Source: an uncultured Clostridia bacterium (GTDB lineage: Bacteria > Bacillota > Clostridia > Christensenellales > Christensenellaceae). From it: a DNA stretch of 64,000 nt. The first letter of the stretch is position 1, and each line of letters starts with the position of its first letter. The notes beneath the pieces are model-generated. The model did not search any database, was not told the DNA's origin, and was given only the letters and a program-made list of their open reading frames with translations. The DNA is taken from positions 1,773 through 65,772 of the forward strand of contig CALVMT010000071.1 in assembly GCA_944347775.1 (NCBI GenBank). The letters run 5' to 3'. Made by a program: the position numbers and the translations under genes. Positions 39,857 through 49,887 of this stretch are shown piece by piece.

Positions 39857-40195
39857 ATGGATTTGATCAAGTATGTAGAGCAATCTCAAATGCGTAACGA
39901 TCTGCCTGAAATGGAAATTGGCGATCTGTTAAAAGTACATCTGAAAGTTACAGAAGGTACGCGCGAAAGAATTCAGGTATTTGAAGGTTATCTGATTGCC
40001 AGAGATGGTGGCGGATTAACAGAGACAATTACGGTACGGCGTGTTAGCTACGGTATTGGTGTAGAACGTATTTTGCCTTTGCATAGCCCGAAGATTGCAA
40101 AAATCGAAAAGATCAGAAGCGGCAAGGTAAGAAGAGCTAAGCTTTATTATCTGCGTGACAGAATGGGTAAGGCTGCGAGAATTAAAGAAAAATAA
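39857..40195 (+). CDS. rplS: 50S ribosomal protein L19
   Basis: GD...V...V.EG.RERIQ.FEG..IA...GG..ET.TVRR.S.G.GVER..PLHSP.I. ATG at 39857 follows GGAGGA. Confidence 0.96.
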   Translation: MDLIKYVEQSQMRNDLPEMEIGDLLKVHLKVTEGTRERIQVFEGYLIARDGGGLTETITVRRVSYGIGVERILPLHSPKIAKIEKIRSGKVRRAKLYYLRDRMGKAARIKEK

Positions 40196-40202
40196 GCATA
40201 AA

Positions 40203-40233
40203 AAAAGAACGGAAGTTTTTCCGTTCTTTTTTT
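40203..40233 (+). terminator. rho-independent terminator after rplS
   Basis: AAAAGAACGGA-AGTTTT-TCCGTTCTTTT stem followed by a long T-run. Confidence 0.85.
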
Positions 40234-40338
40234 ATGCAAAAATGAAAGTAGATTGAACCTGGTTGTGTATGAGTATGTTTTATTATATAATAAAATAAAA
40301 TTAGAACAAAAATTTGGTAAAAAATAAAAGGTGAGATA

Positions 40339-41184
40339 ATGAACGTCCAATGGTATCCCGGGCATATGACAAAGGCGAAGCGAGCGCTTACTGAAAAGAT
40401 GAAAATGATTGATATGGTGATTGAAGTTGTAGATGCAAGAGCACCATATAGTACGCGAAATCCGGATTTCGAGGATTTGTTTGCAAATAAGGTGCGGATG
40501 CTTATTTTAAATAAAGCAGATATGGCAGACGATATGCTCACCAAACGTTGGATACAATATTTTAAGAATCAGGGTATTTATACAGTTTCATATTCTGCAA
40601 TAAAAGGGAATGCAAGGGCGTTGTTGAAGGAGATCGAACTTGCGGCATCTAATATCTATGAAAAATTTCGGCTTAAAGGTGTTCGCAAAACTGTTCGTAC
40701 TTTGGTTTGCGGTATTCCCAATGTGGGAAAATCTGCAATATTAAACCGCCTAGTTGGGGAAAAGAAACTTAAAGAAGGAAATAAGCCTGGTGTGACGCGT
40801 GGACTTTCTTGGGTAAAATTGACACCTTATTTGGAGTGTATGGATTCGCCGGGTCTTTTATGGCCAAAAATTGAAAATGCAAGAGTAGGTGCAATTATTG
40901 CGCTAATAGGAAGTGTGCGGCAAGAAATTCTGGATGAAGAGGAATTGGCCTATAATTTGATTAAAATTTTGGCAGAAATTTCTCCAAGTTTATTGCAGGA
41001 GCGTTATGGAATTGAACAGTTACAACTGGATGCAGCAGAGATTTTACAAGAAATATGTAAAAAAAGAGGTTTCTTAAGACGCGGTGGAGTTGCAGATATG
41101 GAACGGGGCTGTAAAACATTGTTGGAAGAATTTCGCAACGGAAAATTGGGAAGAGTGACATTTGAGCAACCAAAGGAAAAATAA
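40339..41184 (+). CDS. rbgA: ribosome biogenesis GTPase A (RbgA/YlqF)
   Basis: Circularly permuted GTPase: QWYPGHM.KA, LNKAD, then G.PNVGKS..N.L and the DSPG(LL)WPK motif. Confidence 0.92.
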   Translation: MNVQWYPGHMTKAKRALTEKMKMIDMVIEVVDARAPYSTRNPDFEDLFANKVRMLILNKADMADDMLTKRWIQYFKNQGIYTVSYSAIKGNARALLKEIELAASNIYEKFRLKGVRKTVRTLVCGIPNVGKSAILNRLVGEKKLKEGNKPGVTRGLSWVKLTPYLECMDSPGLLWPKIENARVGAIIALIGSVRQEILDEEELAYNLIKILAEISPSLLQERYGIEQLQLDAAEILQEICKKRGFLRRGGVADMERGCKTLLEEFRNGKLGRVTFEQPKEK

Positions 41185-41189
41185 ATAAT

Positions 41190-41798
41190 ATGCACACAAG
41201 TGAATTTTATAAATATGAATTGCAATATGCTGCACAAGGTCAGCATGTTGCCGGGGCAGATGAAGCAGGGAGAGGACCGTTGGCTGGGCCGGTTGTGGCG
41301 GCAGCGGTAATTATGCCATCAGATTCTTTTATTGATGGAATTGACGATTCAAAGAAGTTGACAGAGAAAAAACGGGAAAAATTATATGCTAAAATTACTG
41401 AGCAGGCAGTGGATTACGGTGTGGGCATTGCAACGGTTGAAGAGATAGAAAAATTACATATTCTTGAAGCGACACGAATGGCATTTTCACGTGCAATTAC
41501 ACAATTATCTGCTCCTTTTATTTTATATACGGATTATATTACTGGTCTTAAATTGCCGATGCCATATACAGCGATAGTAAAAGGGGATGCAAAAGTATAT
41601 TCTATAGCAGCGGCATCGATTATTGCAAAAGTTACAAGAGATCGTTTGATGATTGCTTACGCAGAACAATATCCACAATATGGCTTTGAGAAACATAAAG
41701 GTTATGGAACAAAAGCTCATCAGGAGGCAATTTTGCAATATGGTCCCTGCCCTTTGCATAGACAAAGCTTTTTAAGAAAATTGTATGAGCAAAAATAG
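41190..41798 (+). CDS. rnhB: ribonuclease HII
   Basis: GADEAGRGPLAGPVV, DSKKL, ASI.AKV.RD and KGYG motifs. Conserved rbgA-rnhB order. Confidence 0.93.
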   Translation: MHTSEFYKYELQYAAQGQHVAGADEAGRGPLAGPVVAAAVIMPSDSFIDGIDDSKKLTEKKREKLYAKITEQAVDYGVGIATVEEIEKLHILEATRMAFSRAITQLSAPFILYTDYITGLKLPMPYTAIVKGDAKVYSIAAASIIAKVTRDRLMIAYAEQYPQYGFEKHKGYGTKAHQEAILQYGPCPLHRQSFLRKLYEQK

Positions 41799-42147
41799 TA
41801 TTTTGTTAGGAAATATAGGTGAACGTATTGCTGCGCTTTATTTGCAAAGAGAGGGAATGCAGGTTCTTGAAACAAACTATCGTATCCGTGGTGGCGAAAT
41901 TGACTTGATTGCAAAAGAACAGCATACATATGTTTTTGTTGAAGTGAAGTCACGGACTTCCGATCGCTATGGACGGGGTGTAGACGCGGTTGACGCCAGA
42001 AAACAACGCGTATTGCTTCGTACAGCACAGAAATATTTATATGAACGGGGATTAGAGGAAAAATCAGCGCGTTTTGATGTAATAGAAATAGATTTTAGCA
42101 GGGGAAAACCACGACTTAGGCATTTAAGAGACGTGTTGTTCGAATGA
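41785..42147 (+). CDS. YraN family endonuclease-like protein (UPF0102)
   Basis: GE..A..YL...G......N.R...GEIDLIA.......FVEVK.R and RFDV. motifs, 120 aa. Confidence 0.85.
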   Translation: MSKNSILLGNIGERIAALYLQREGMQVLETNYRIRGGEIDLIAKEQHTYVFVEVKSRTSDRYGRGVDAVDARKQRVLLRTAQKYLYERGLEEKSARFDVIEIDFSRGKPRLRHLRDVLFE

Positions 42148-42173
42148 AGTATGGGCAGAAAAGAGGAGATAAA

Positions 42174-43703
42174 ATGCTGGCAAGCGTTTGGAGCGGTGGC
42201 CTTAGCGGATTACAGGGATATCCTGTACACATAGAAGTAGATTGTTCTTCAGGGCTTCCCTATTGGGAAATTGTTGGACTACCGGATGCAGCAGTAAAAG
42301 AAAGTAAAGAACGTGTTCGTTCAGCAATGCGTAATAGCGGATTTAGTTATCCTTCAGGAAGAATCATCGTCAATATGGCACCTGCAGATATGCGCAAGGA
42401 GGGGCCGATTTATGATTTGGCTATTGCTGTTGGAGTATTGAAGGTATCTGGACAAGTAGAAGGCGGAGCGTGGCAACAGGCACTCTTTTTTGGAGAACTT
42501 TCGCTTAACGGAGATGTACGCCCGATTAATGGTATTTTGCCAATGGTTATTGATGCAAAAGAACGAGGTGCAGAATCTGTTTTTTTACCCGCCGAAAATG
42601 CGCAGGAAGCTTCTTATATTGAGGGAATGCAGGTTATTCCAGTAAAAAACTTGGCGCAGGTAGCTAAAATTTTAAAAGGAGAAGAGCAGCCCGTTTGTGT
42701 AGATCAAATTGCATTTCAAACCTTAAAATTGTCTGGTGGAAATGCAGATTTTCGGTATATTAAAGGTCAATCTCAGGCAAAAAGGGCAATGGAAATTGCC
42801 GTGGCAGGGAATCACAATATCCTAATGATTGGAGCTCCGGGATCTGGTAAAACAATGTTGGCAAGAGCTATTCCGTCGATTATGCCGGAATTAAGTTTTG
42901 AAGAGGCTCTGGATATTACTAAAATTCATTCGGTGGCAGGAGAACTGCGTGGTGCTCCGATCGTTGCACATCGGCCATTTCGCAGTCCGCATCATTCTGC
43001 TTCATCGGCGGCACTTATTGGCGGAGGAAGTAAAGCAAAACCGGGAGAGGTAAGCTTGGCACATGGCGGAGTGCTGTTCCTTGACGAGCTACCAGAGTTT
43101 CGAAGAGAAACGCTTGAGGCCTTGCGTCAGCCATTGGAGGATGGTTTCGTATCTGTTGCCAGAGTTAATGCAAAAGTAGAATACCCGGCACGTTTTATGT
43201 TAGCAGCTTCGATGAATCCTTGCCCATGTGGTTATTTTGGAGATCCTGAACGTAAATGTCGTTGTACACCGTATCAAATCAGCCGTTATTTGGCTAGAGT
43301 TAGTTCACCTTTGTTGGATCGTATTGATTTGCATTTAGAAGTGTCAAGACCAAGTTATGAAGAGTTGGGAAAAGAAACAGAAGAAGAAAGCTCGCTACAG
43401 ATAAAACAGCGAGTAGATGCAGCACGTGATTTACAACGGGAACGTTATCGTAAAGAAGGGATCTATACAAATAGTCAGTTAAAAGGAGAATTATTAGAAC
43501 GTTATTGCCATTTACAACCGGCTGCGGAGGCATTGTTAAAGTCCGCTTTTGAACTTATGAAATTGAGTGCACGCGCTTATACTCGAATTCTTATGGTTGC
43601 ACGAACTATTGCGGATCTAAGCGGTGAAGTAGAGATTAGTGAAGCGCATCTTGCTGAAGCAATTCAGTACCGCACACTAGATCGGAAGTATTGGGGAGGT
43701 TGA
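42174..43703 (+). CDS. YifB/ComM family Mg-chelatase-like AAA+ ATPase
   Basis: N-terminal Lon-like domain (ESKERV), GAPGSGKTM Walker A, GVLFLDELPEF Walker B, and a CPCGY......C.C zinc motif. ATG at 42174 follows AGAGGAG. Confidence 0.9.
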   Translation: MLASVWSGGLSGLQGYPVHIEVDCSSGLPYWEIVGLPDAAVKESKERVRSAMRNSGFSYPSGRIIVNMAPADMRKEGPIYDLAIAVGVLKVSGQVEGGAWQQALFFGELSLNGDVRPINGILPMVIDAKERGAESVFLPAENAQEASYIEGMQVIPVKNLAQVAKILKGEEQPVCVDQIAFQTLKLSGGNADFRYIKGQSQAKRAMEIAVAGNHNILMIGAPGSGKTMLARAIPSIMPELSFEEALDITKIHSVAGELRGAPIVAHRPFRSPHHSASSAALIGGGSKAKPGEVSLAHGGVLFLDELPEFRRETLEALRQPLEDGFVSVARVNAKVEYPARFMLAASMNPCPCGYFGDPERKCRCTPYQISRYLARVSSPLLDRIDLHLEVSRPSYEELGKETEEESSLQIKQRVDAARDLQRERYRKEGIYTNSQLKGELLERYCHLQPAAEALLKSAFELMKLSARAYTRILMVARTIADLSGEVEISEAHLAEAIQYRTLDRKYWGG

Positions 43704-43707
43704 ACAA

Positions 43708-44817
43708 ATGCCGATGACAGTAAAGGAATTATATTGGTATTGGCTTGCTTCTACTCCTGGAATAGGGATTGCAAGTATTTTTCGTGTAGCTCAAATGGGA
43801 TTCTCCTTGGAAGAGTTATTTACCCAGCCACGTCTGATAGAAAATAATACGTTACATTTTTCCGAACAGATAAAGCACGATTTAAAAAGTCGGGCAAATA
43901 TTTCGTTACTTTTGGAAGAGGTTGATAAGATAGAGCGTGCTGGGATATGTATACGTACTGCGATTAGCCCTGGATATCCTCAAAGATTAAAAGATTTGTG
44001 GAGACCTCCAGCGATTATTTATACATATGGAAAATTACAAAATTTTCCTCCGAAATGTATTGGAATAGTTGGTTCTAGATATACTTCAAGAAAAGGAGCG
44101 GCAGCAGCGAGGGAATTGGCTTCTACTCTAGCAGAACAGGGGATAACAATTGTTTCTGGAATGGCTCGGGGAATTGATACACAGGGCCATTGGGGAGCGT
44201 TGGAAGTAGGCGCACAGACTATCGCTGTTCTTGGGTGTGGAGCAGACATTATCTATCCAAAAGAAAATGCGGAACTATATGCGCAAATATGTGAGAACGG
44301 AATGATTGTCAGTGAATATGCACCGGGAATAAAACCAAATCCAAGACATTTTCCATTAAGAAACCGCATAATAGCGGGGCTTTGCCAGGGAGTTGTTCTT
44401 GGTGAAGCGGGATTACGTAGCGGAGCTATTATTACTATAAATTACGCTTGCGATACTAACAGAGATATATTTGTTTTAAACAAAGGCGATGGTGGGGGGA
44501 ATCAGGAAACAATTCATAAGTTAAATGCAATGGGAGCAACAGAAGTATGCGATGCCCATGAAATTTTACAATATTATGGTTGGGAAATTAAACAAAATAC
44601 AGTAAAACAGCAGAAAGAAAAACCTTCTATACCTGTTGGACTTGATTTTTTTCAGACGGAATTATATAATTTGCTTCTAAAGGGCGATTTTTCCATGCAG
44701 CAGATAATTGATTTGCTAGGGAAATCTGCTTCGGAAGTCAGTATGGCACTGACCATGCTTGAATTGAAAGGTTTAATAGAAAAATTACCGGGCAATATGT
44801 TTGGCATTAAAGGCTGA
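43708..44817 (+). CDS. dprA: DNA-processing protein DprA (Smf)
   Basis: Rossmann-like core IVGSR..S..G, SG.ARGID...H, YP..N and FP.RNRIIAG motifs. Conserved comM-dprA-topA order. Confidence 0.9.
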   Translation: MPMTVKELYWYWLASTPGIGIASIFRVAQMGFSLEELFTQPRLIENNTLHFSEQIKHDLKSRANISLLLEEVDKIERAGICIRTAISPGYPQRLKDLWRPPAIIYTYGKLQNFPPKCIGIVGSRYTSRKGAAAARELASTLAEQGITIVSGMARGIDTQGHWGALEVGAQTIAVLGCGADIIYPKENAELYAQICENGMIVSEYAPGIKPNPRHFPLRNRIIAGLCQGVVLGEAGLRSGAIITINYACDTNRDIFVLNKGDGGGNQETIHKLNAMGATEVCDAHEILQYYGWEIKQNTVKQQKEKPSIPVGLDFFQTELYNLLLKGDFSMQQIIDLLGKSASEVSMALTMLELKGLIEKLPGNMFGIKG

Positions 44818-44847
44818 TAGATTTGTCGCGGACCAAAAAGGAGAAAA

Positions 44848-46977
44848 ATGGCAAAAACCAAAAAGGCAGTAGCTGAAAAATATAATTTAGTGATTGTGGA
44901 ATCGCCGGCAAAAGCAAAAACAATTGAGAAATTTCTGGGAAAGGGCTATAAAGTTGTTGCAAGTAATGGACACTTGATTGATTTGCCCAAAAGTAAGATG
45001 GGGATTGATATTGAAGGTGGGTTTGAACCGCAATATATCGTTATTCGTGGAAGAACAGCGTTGTTGAATGAATTAAAAAAACAGGCAAAACATGCGGATC
45101 AGGTATATTTGGCAACAGACCCTGATCGCGAAGGTGAAGCAATTTCCTGGCATATCGCGAACTCTCTACCTAAAGAAAAACAGGATGTACACCGAGTAGA
45201 ATTTAATGAGATAACTAAAAATGCAGTTGTGCATGCGATGAAAGCGCCAAGAGAGATTGATATTAATCGCGTTAATGCGCAACAGGCAAGAAGAGTATTA
45301 GATCGATTAGTGGGCTATAAGCTTTCTCCACTTTTATGGCAAAAGGTAAAAAGAGGATTAAGTGCAGGGCGTGTACAGTCAGCAACAGTAAAATTGATTG
45401 TTGACAGAGAACGGGAAATACGGAATTTTCAACCGCAGGAATATTGGACAATTAATGCGGTGTTAACGGATTTACAGGGAAAACATGCATTTGAAGCAGT
45501 TTTTTATGGGAAAGGGAAAAAGAAAATTGTTCCTTCAACGAAAACCGAAGTAGATGAAATTCTTGCTGCTGTACGGGGATGCGACTTTCTCATTACCGAA
45601 GTAAAAAAATCAGTTCGTCAAAGAAAAGCTTATGCACCTTTTACGACCAGTACATTACAACAGGATGCGGCTCGCAAGTTAGGGTTTACAACGAAACGGA
45701 CGATGATGATTGCGCAGGGATTATATGAAGGGGTTAAAGTAAACGATAAAGAAACAGTTGGCTTGATTACCTATATGCGTACCGATTCCACGCGTATTTC
45801 CGAAGAAGCACGCGATGCGGCAAAAGCCTATATTTTGGATTGTTACGGCGAGCAGTACTATCCTGAAAAGCCCAATGTGTATGCCGGTCGTAAAAATGCA
45901 CAAGATGCCCATGAAGCAATTCGCCCGACTTATGTACAATATACTCCTGAGAGCATAAAAGATCGACTTACACCGGAACAGTATAAGTTATATCATTTGA
46001 TTTATACACGTTTTATAGCAAGCCAAATGGTTCCGGCTTATTATGATACAATGAATTATGAGCTTGACGCAGCTGGATATACGTTTAGAGCAAATTTTTC
46101 AAAATTAAAGTTTGCGGGATGCCTGGCTGTCTATAAAGAGGAGACTGGAGAAAATCAGGAACAGGCGAATTTGTTAATACCACCAATGCAGCAAGGAGAA
46201 TATTGCAAAGCAAAAAATGTGGAATCCAAACAAAATTTTACTTCACCACCTGCTCGGTATACAGAAGCATCGCTTGTGCGTACTTTGGAAGAGCTGGGGA
46301 TTGGAAGACCTTCGACTTATGCGCCGACGATTTCAACAATTTTGGAACGTCAGTATGTAAAAAAAGAAAAAAAGGCAATAATTCCAACAGAACTGGGAGA
46401 AGTTGTTACTGAATTAATGGAAAAGAGTTTTCCTGATATTGTTAATGTAGAATTCACAGCAGATATGGAGGAAAAGCTCGATACGGTAGAATCTGAAGGG
46501 AAAAATTGGAAAAAAATTGTTGAAGATTTTTATGGTCCATTTGAACGGGAATTAGAAAAGGCAGAAGAAGAAGTAGAGCAAATTAAATTGCCTGATAGAC
46601 CTGCTGGGATCCAATGCGAATTATGTGGGGCTGAAATGGTTTATAAAAGCGGACGTTTCGGCGAATTTATTGCGTGCCCAAATTATCCTGCTTGTAAAAA
46701 TACAAAACCAGTTAAACATAAAATTTCAATGCCTTGTCCTAAATGCGGCGGAGAAATTGTGCAAAGACGTTCTAAAAAGGGCAATATATTTTATGGTTGT
46801 GCGAATTATCCGCAATGCGATTTTGTGTCCTGGGATATGCCGATTGAAGAAAAATGTCCTGTTTGCGGAAGTTATATGGTTTTAAAACGTGGCAGAGGCA
46901 AGGCAGTATATAAAAAATGTAGTAATGAACAGTGTTCTACTAATCAAAAAGGCAGAAAAGACGAAAGCAATACCTGA
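44848..46977 (+). CDS. topA: DNA topoisomerase I
   Basis: Toprim domain (LVIVESPAKAKTI, ATDPDREGEAISWH), active-site region GLITYMRTDS, and three C-terminal C4 zinc ribbons (C.LCG...C.NYP.C). Confidence 0.96.
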   Translation: MAKTKKAVAEKYNLVIVESPAKAKTIEKFLGKGYKVVASNGHLIDLPKSKMGIDIEGGFEPQYIVIRGRTALLNELKKQAKHADQVYLATDPDREGEAISWHIANSLPKEKQDVHRVEFNEITKNAVVHAMKAPREIDINRVNAQQARRVLDRLVGYKLSPLLWQKVKRGLSAGRVQSATVKLIVDREREIRNFQPQEYWTINAVLTDLQGKHAFEAVFYGKGKKKIVPSTKTEVDEILAAVRGCDFLITEVKKSVRQRKAYAPFTTSTLQQDAARKLGFTTKRTMMIAQGLYEGVKVNDKETVGLITYMRTDSTRISEEARDAAKAYILDCYGEQYYPEKPNVYAGRKNAQDAHEAIRPTYVQYTPESIKDRLTPEQYKLYHLIYTRFIASQMVPAYYDTMNYELDAAGYTFRANFSKLKFAGCLAVYKEETGENQEQANLLIPPMQQGEYCKAKNVESKQNFTSPPARYTEASLVRTLEELGIGRPSTYAPTISTILERQYVKKEKKAIIPTELGEVVTELMEKSFPDIVNVEFTADMEEKLDTVESEGKNWKKIVEDFYGPFERELEKAEEEVEQIKLPDRPAGIQCELCGAEMVYKSGRFGEFIACPNYPACKNTKPVKHKISMPCPKCGGEIVQRRSKKGNIFYGCANYPQCDFVSWDMPIEEKCPVCGSYMVLKRGRGKAVYKKCSNEQCSTNQKGRKDESNT

Positions 46978-47123
46978 AAAAAGAAAAATGGCAGATATGA
47001 ATATTGACTGATTAGAACATTGGTTTTTGTGAGGGAGAGAGTTGCTGCCCGATTCATGTATGAATGACAAATACAAATGCAAGTATAAGAGTCGGTTTAG
47101 TCTACTCGAAGAAGGAGAAAAAC

Positions 47124-48533
47124 ATGAAAAAAGGGCAGATAGCAGAAGGATTAGTAAAATTAGTTAAATTCCCAAATAAAGGAATTGTAGAAATTCCGGG
47201 GGAAACGAAATACGTTATCGTAAAGAATGTTATTCCAGGGCAGAAAGTTTGTGTTTTTATTCATAAAATTCGTAATGAGTATGCGGAAGGGCGATTGCTC
47301 AAAATACTTGAAAAGGCACCTGACGAGTTGGAATCTATCTGCCCGCATTTTGGAAAGTGCGGAGGCTGCACTTATCAAAATCTGCCTTATCGTGCTCAAT
47401 TGGAGATGAAGGCACAACAAGTAAAACAAATGCTTGATCATGCAGTAGATGAGGCATATATATGGGAAGGAATTAGCCCGAGCCCTGCGATAAATGAGTA
47501 CCGCAATAAGATGGAGTTTACTTTTGGTGACGAATATAAAGATGGACCAATGGTGCTTGGGATGCATAGACGGGGTAGCTTTTATGATATTGTAAATACT
47601 CAAAACTGCAAGATTGTGGACGCAGACTGTAGAAAAATCCTCGAGACTACATTAAAAGTGGCTGAGGAAAGTGGGCTGCCCTATTATCATCGTATGCGAC
47701 ATGTTGGCTTTTTTCGTCATCTTCTGGTTCGCAAAGCGGCTGTAACGGGAGAGATTTTGATTAGCCTAATTACGGCATCAGGTAAGGAGCAGAGTAACTT
47801 AGTTTGTAATACGGTAATAAACAAGATGTTGAAAAAATGGATGGACGCCCTTCTTGTTCTTTCATTGAATGGTAAGATTTCAGGAATACTGCATACGGTA
47901 AACGATAGCATTGCAGATACCGTAAAAGATGAAGGGACCAGAATTTTACATGGAAAAGATTATTTTTATGAGAAATTGTTGGGAATGAAGTTTAAAATTA
48001 CGCCTTTTTCTTTTTTTCAGACAAATTCTCTTGGCGCGGAAATTCTCTATAAAAAAGTGAGAGATTATGTTGGAGAGGCTGAAAATAAAGTTATTTTTGA
48101 TCTTTACAGCGGAACCGGGACAATTGCACAGATACTTGCGCCGATTGCTAAACGTGTTTTAGGAGTGGAAATTGTAACGGAAGCTGTAGATGCTGCAAGG
48201 CAAAATGCAAAATTAAACAATCTCGAGAATTGTACATTTAAGGCAGGAGATGTATTGCGGATTATAAACGAAGTGAAGGAAGTACCGGATGTAATTATTT
48301 TGGATCCTCCAAGAGATGGTGTTAATCCGAAAGCTTTGGAAAAGATTATTGATTTTGGTGTACAAAAATTGGTCTATATTGCATGTAAACCAACTAGTTT
48401 GCTTAGAGATATAAAAGTTTTTCAACAGAAAGGATACGTTTTAAAGCGTTGCGCCTGTATTGATTTGTTCCCGCATACATATCATGTTGAGACGGTTGCA
48501 TTGCTGCAAAAAAAGTTTTGTAGGAATACATAA
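47124..48533 (+). CDS. 23S rRNA (uracil-C5)-methyltransferase, RlmD/RumA family
   Basis: TRAM-like N-terminus, Fe-S motif CPHFGKCGGC.YQ, FFQ.N, SAM motif DLYSGTGT, and the DPPR.G plus C.P catalytic region. ATG at 47124 follows AAGGAG. Confidence 0.85.
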   Translation: MKKGQIAEGLVKLVKFPNKGIVEIPGETKYVIVKNVIPGQKVCVFIHKIRNEYAEGRLLKILEKAPDELESICPHFGKCGGCTYQNLPYRAQLEMKAQQVKQMLDHAVDEAYIWEGISPSPAINEYRNKMEFTFGDEYKDGPMVLGMHRRGSFYDIVNTQNCKIVDADCRKILETTLKVAEESGLPYYHRMRHVGFFRHLLVRKAAVTGEILISLITASGKEQSNLVCNTVINKMLKKWMDALLVLSLNGKISGILHTVNDSIADTVKDEGTRILHGKDYFYEKLLGMKFKITPFSFFQTNSLGAEILYKKVRDYVGEAENKVIFDLYSGTGTIAQILAPIAKRVLGVEIVTEAVDAARQNAKLNNLENCTFKAGDVLRIINEVKEVPDVIILDPPRDGVNPKALEKIIDFGVQKLVYIACKPTSLLRDIKVFQQKGYVLKRCACIDLFPHTYHVETVALLQKKFCRNT

Positions 48534-48565
48534 ATTTATTTGGTTTTTTCCAATTAATGAAAATT

Positions 48566-48600
48566 AATGAGTGTATCATTAAAATGATACACTCATTTTT
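48566..48600 (+). terminator. rho-independent terminator after the rlmD-like gene
   Basis: AATGAGTGTATCATT (48566-48580) and AATGATACACTCATT (48583-48597) are perfect reverse complements. TTT(T) follows. Confidence 0.8.
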
Positions 48601-49349
48601 CCTATAATCAATGCTTTTTTGTTTGAAAGACAGGAAGAGGATTTGACGATTAACTATTTTAAATAAAAAATGGTATATTTTGGAAATATTTCTCTTTATG
48701 ATATACTGAATTTTTCTTTTTTTAAAAAATTATAAAAAATAAATTAATAAAATTTTTTGTTCCGGGAAATAAATTGTTTTAAAAATGTACAAATTTAAGA
48801 CTGTATAATACTTGTATTATAGAAATATAGATAAAAACGAAAATGATATAAAAAGTCTATCCTAAATCAAAAAAGGAAATTTCCCAGGGAAACAATATAG
48901 ATAATACCTTTGTTAATGAGAGATGAACTCCTGCAGAATTGGAGTGACTTCCCAAAAGAATCTTGAAATGGATATGGGTTTTTGTTATAGTAATATGGTA
49001 TACATTTAGGTATATTTTATTTTGGCGTATAAATATATGCTGATTTTTCGATGAATGTGTCGTATAATTTGATGCGAAGATAGTTTTTTGATACAAAAAG
49101 GTTAAATATATGAATTCACGGTTCGTCGGCAAGAAAAGAGTTCTTTTTTACAAAGAGAAATAAAAGAAGTTAAGCACAACAGAAAAGTCGACACATATCA
49201 AGACATTTGAATTAAACGAGAAAATTCATGATAAATAGAAAACACAAAGTAAAAGATTGTTAGGAAACTGACAGTGAAACATAAAATTGAAAAATATCTG
49301 ATGTGTGTCTTGGTTTAGATGAGAATAAAAGAATCGCGAGGTAAGGTAG

Positions 49350-49886
49350 ATGAGCGAATTACGGGGAACAACTATTGTGGCAGTGCGGCGAGAAGGTCAC
49401 TGTGCTGTGGCAGGAGACGGACAGGTGACAATGGGAGAAAGCACAGTGCTAAAACATGGTGCAAAAAAAGTGCGTAGGATTTATAAAGAAAAAGTTGTTG
49501 TTGGTTTTGCAGGGTCAGTTGCAGATGCATTTACGCTTTCGGAACGGTTTGAAGCAAAACTGGAGCAATACAGTGGCAGTTTGGAAAGAGCAGCGGTAGA
49601 GTTGGCGCAGGAATGGCGTAGTGATAAAGTAATGAGAAAGCTGGAAGCAATGCTTATTGCTGCAGATGCTAAAGAGATGTTATTGATTTCTGGGACGGGT
49701 GAAGTGATCAAACCGGATTCCGGTGTTTTGGCAATTGGGTCTGGAGGATCATTTGCGTATGCAGCAGCAACTGCACTGTATGAAAATACGCAGCTGGATG
49801 CAAGGGAAATTGCCAGAAAGGCTATTGAAATTGCCTCGAAAATTTGTGTGTATACCAATGATCATATTACGGTAGAGGAGGTATAA
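49350..49886 (+). CDS. hslV: ATP-dependent protease subunit HslV
   Basis: [29 protein letters not shown] and GSGG motifs. Immediately followed by hslU. Confidence 0.95.
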   Translation: MSELRGTTIVAVRREGHCAVAGDGQVTMGESTVLKHGAKKVRRIYKEKVVVGFAGSVADAFTLSERFEAKLEQYSGSLERAAVELAQEWRSDKVMRKLEAMLIAADAKEMLLISGTGEVIKPDSGVLAIGSGGSFAYAAATALYENTQLDAREIARKAIEIASKICVYTNDHITVEEV

Positions 49887-49887
49887 A

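Noticed and set aside
48857-49132. 91 aa minus-strand ORF inside the long hslV-upstream spacer.
   Set aside because: It has a TTG start without an SD. Its I/Y/N/K/F/T-rich composition is what AT-rich non-coding DNA produces, and no motif is recognisable. A 17 aa plus-strand ORF at 49110-49163 (MNSRFVGKKRVLFYKEK) was also considered. Its only support is a weak AAAGG, which is not enough to call it.
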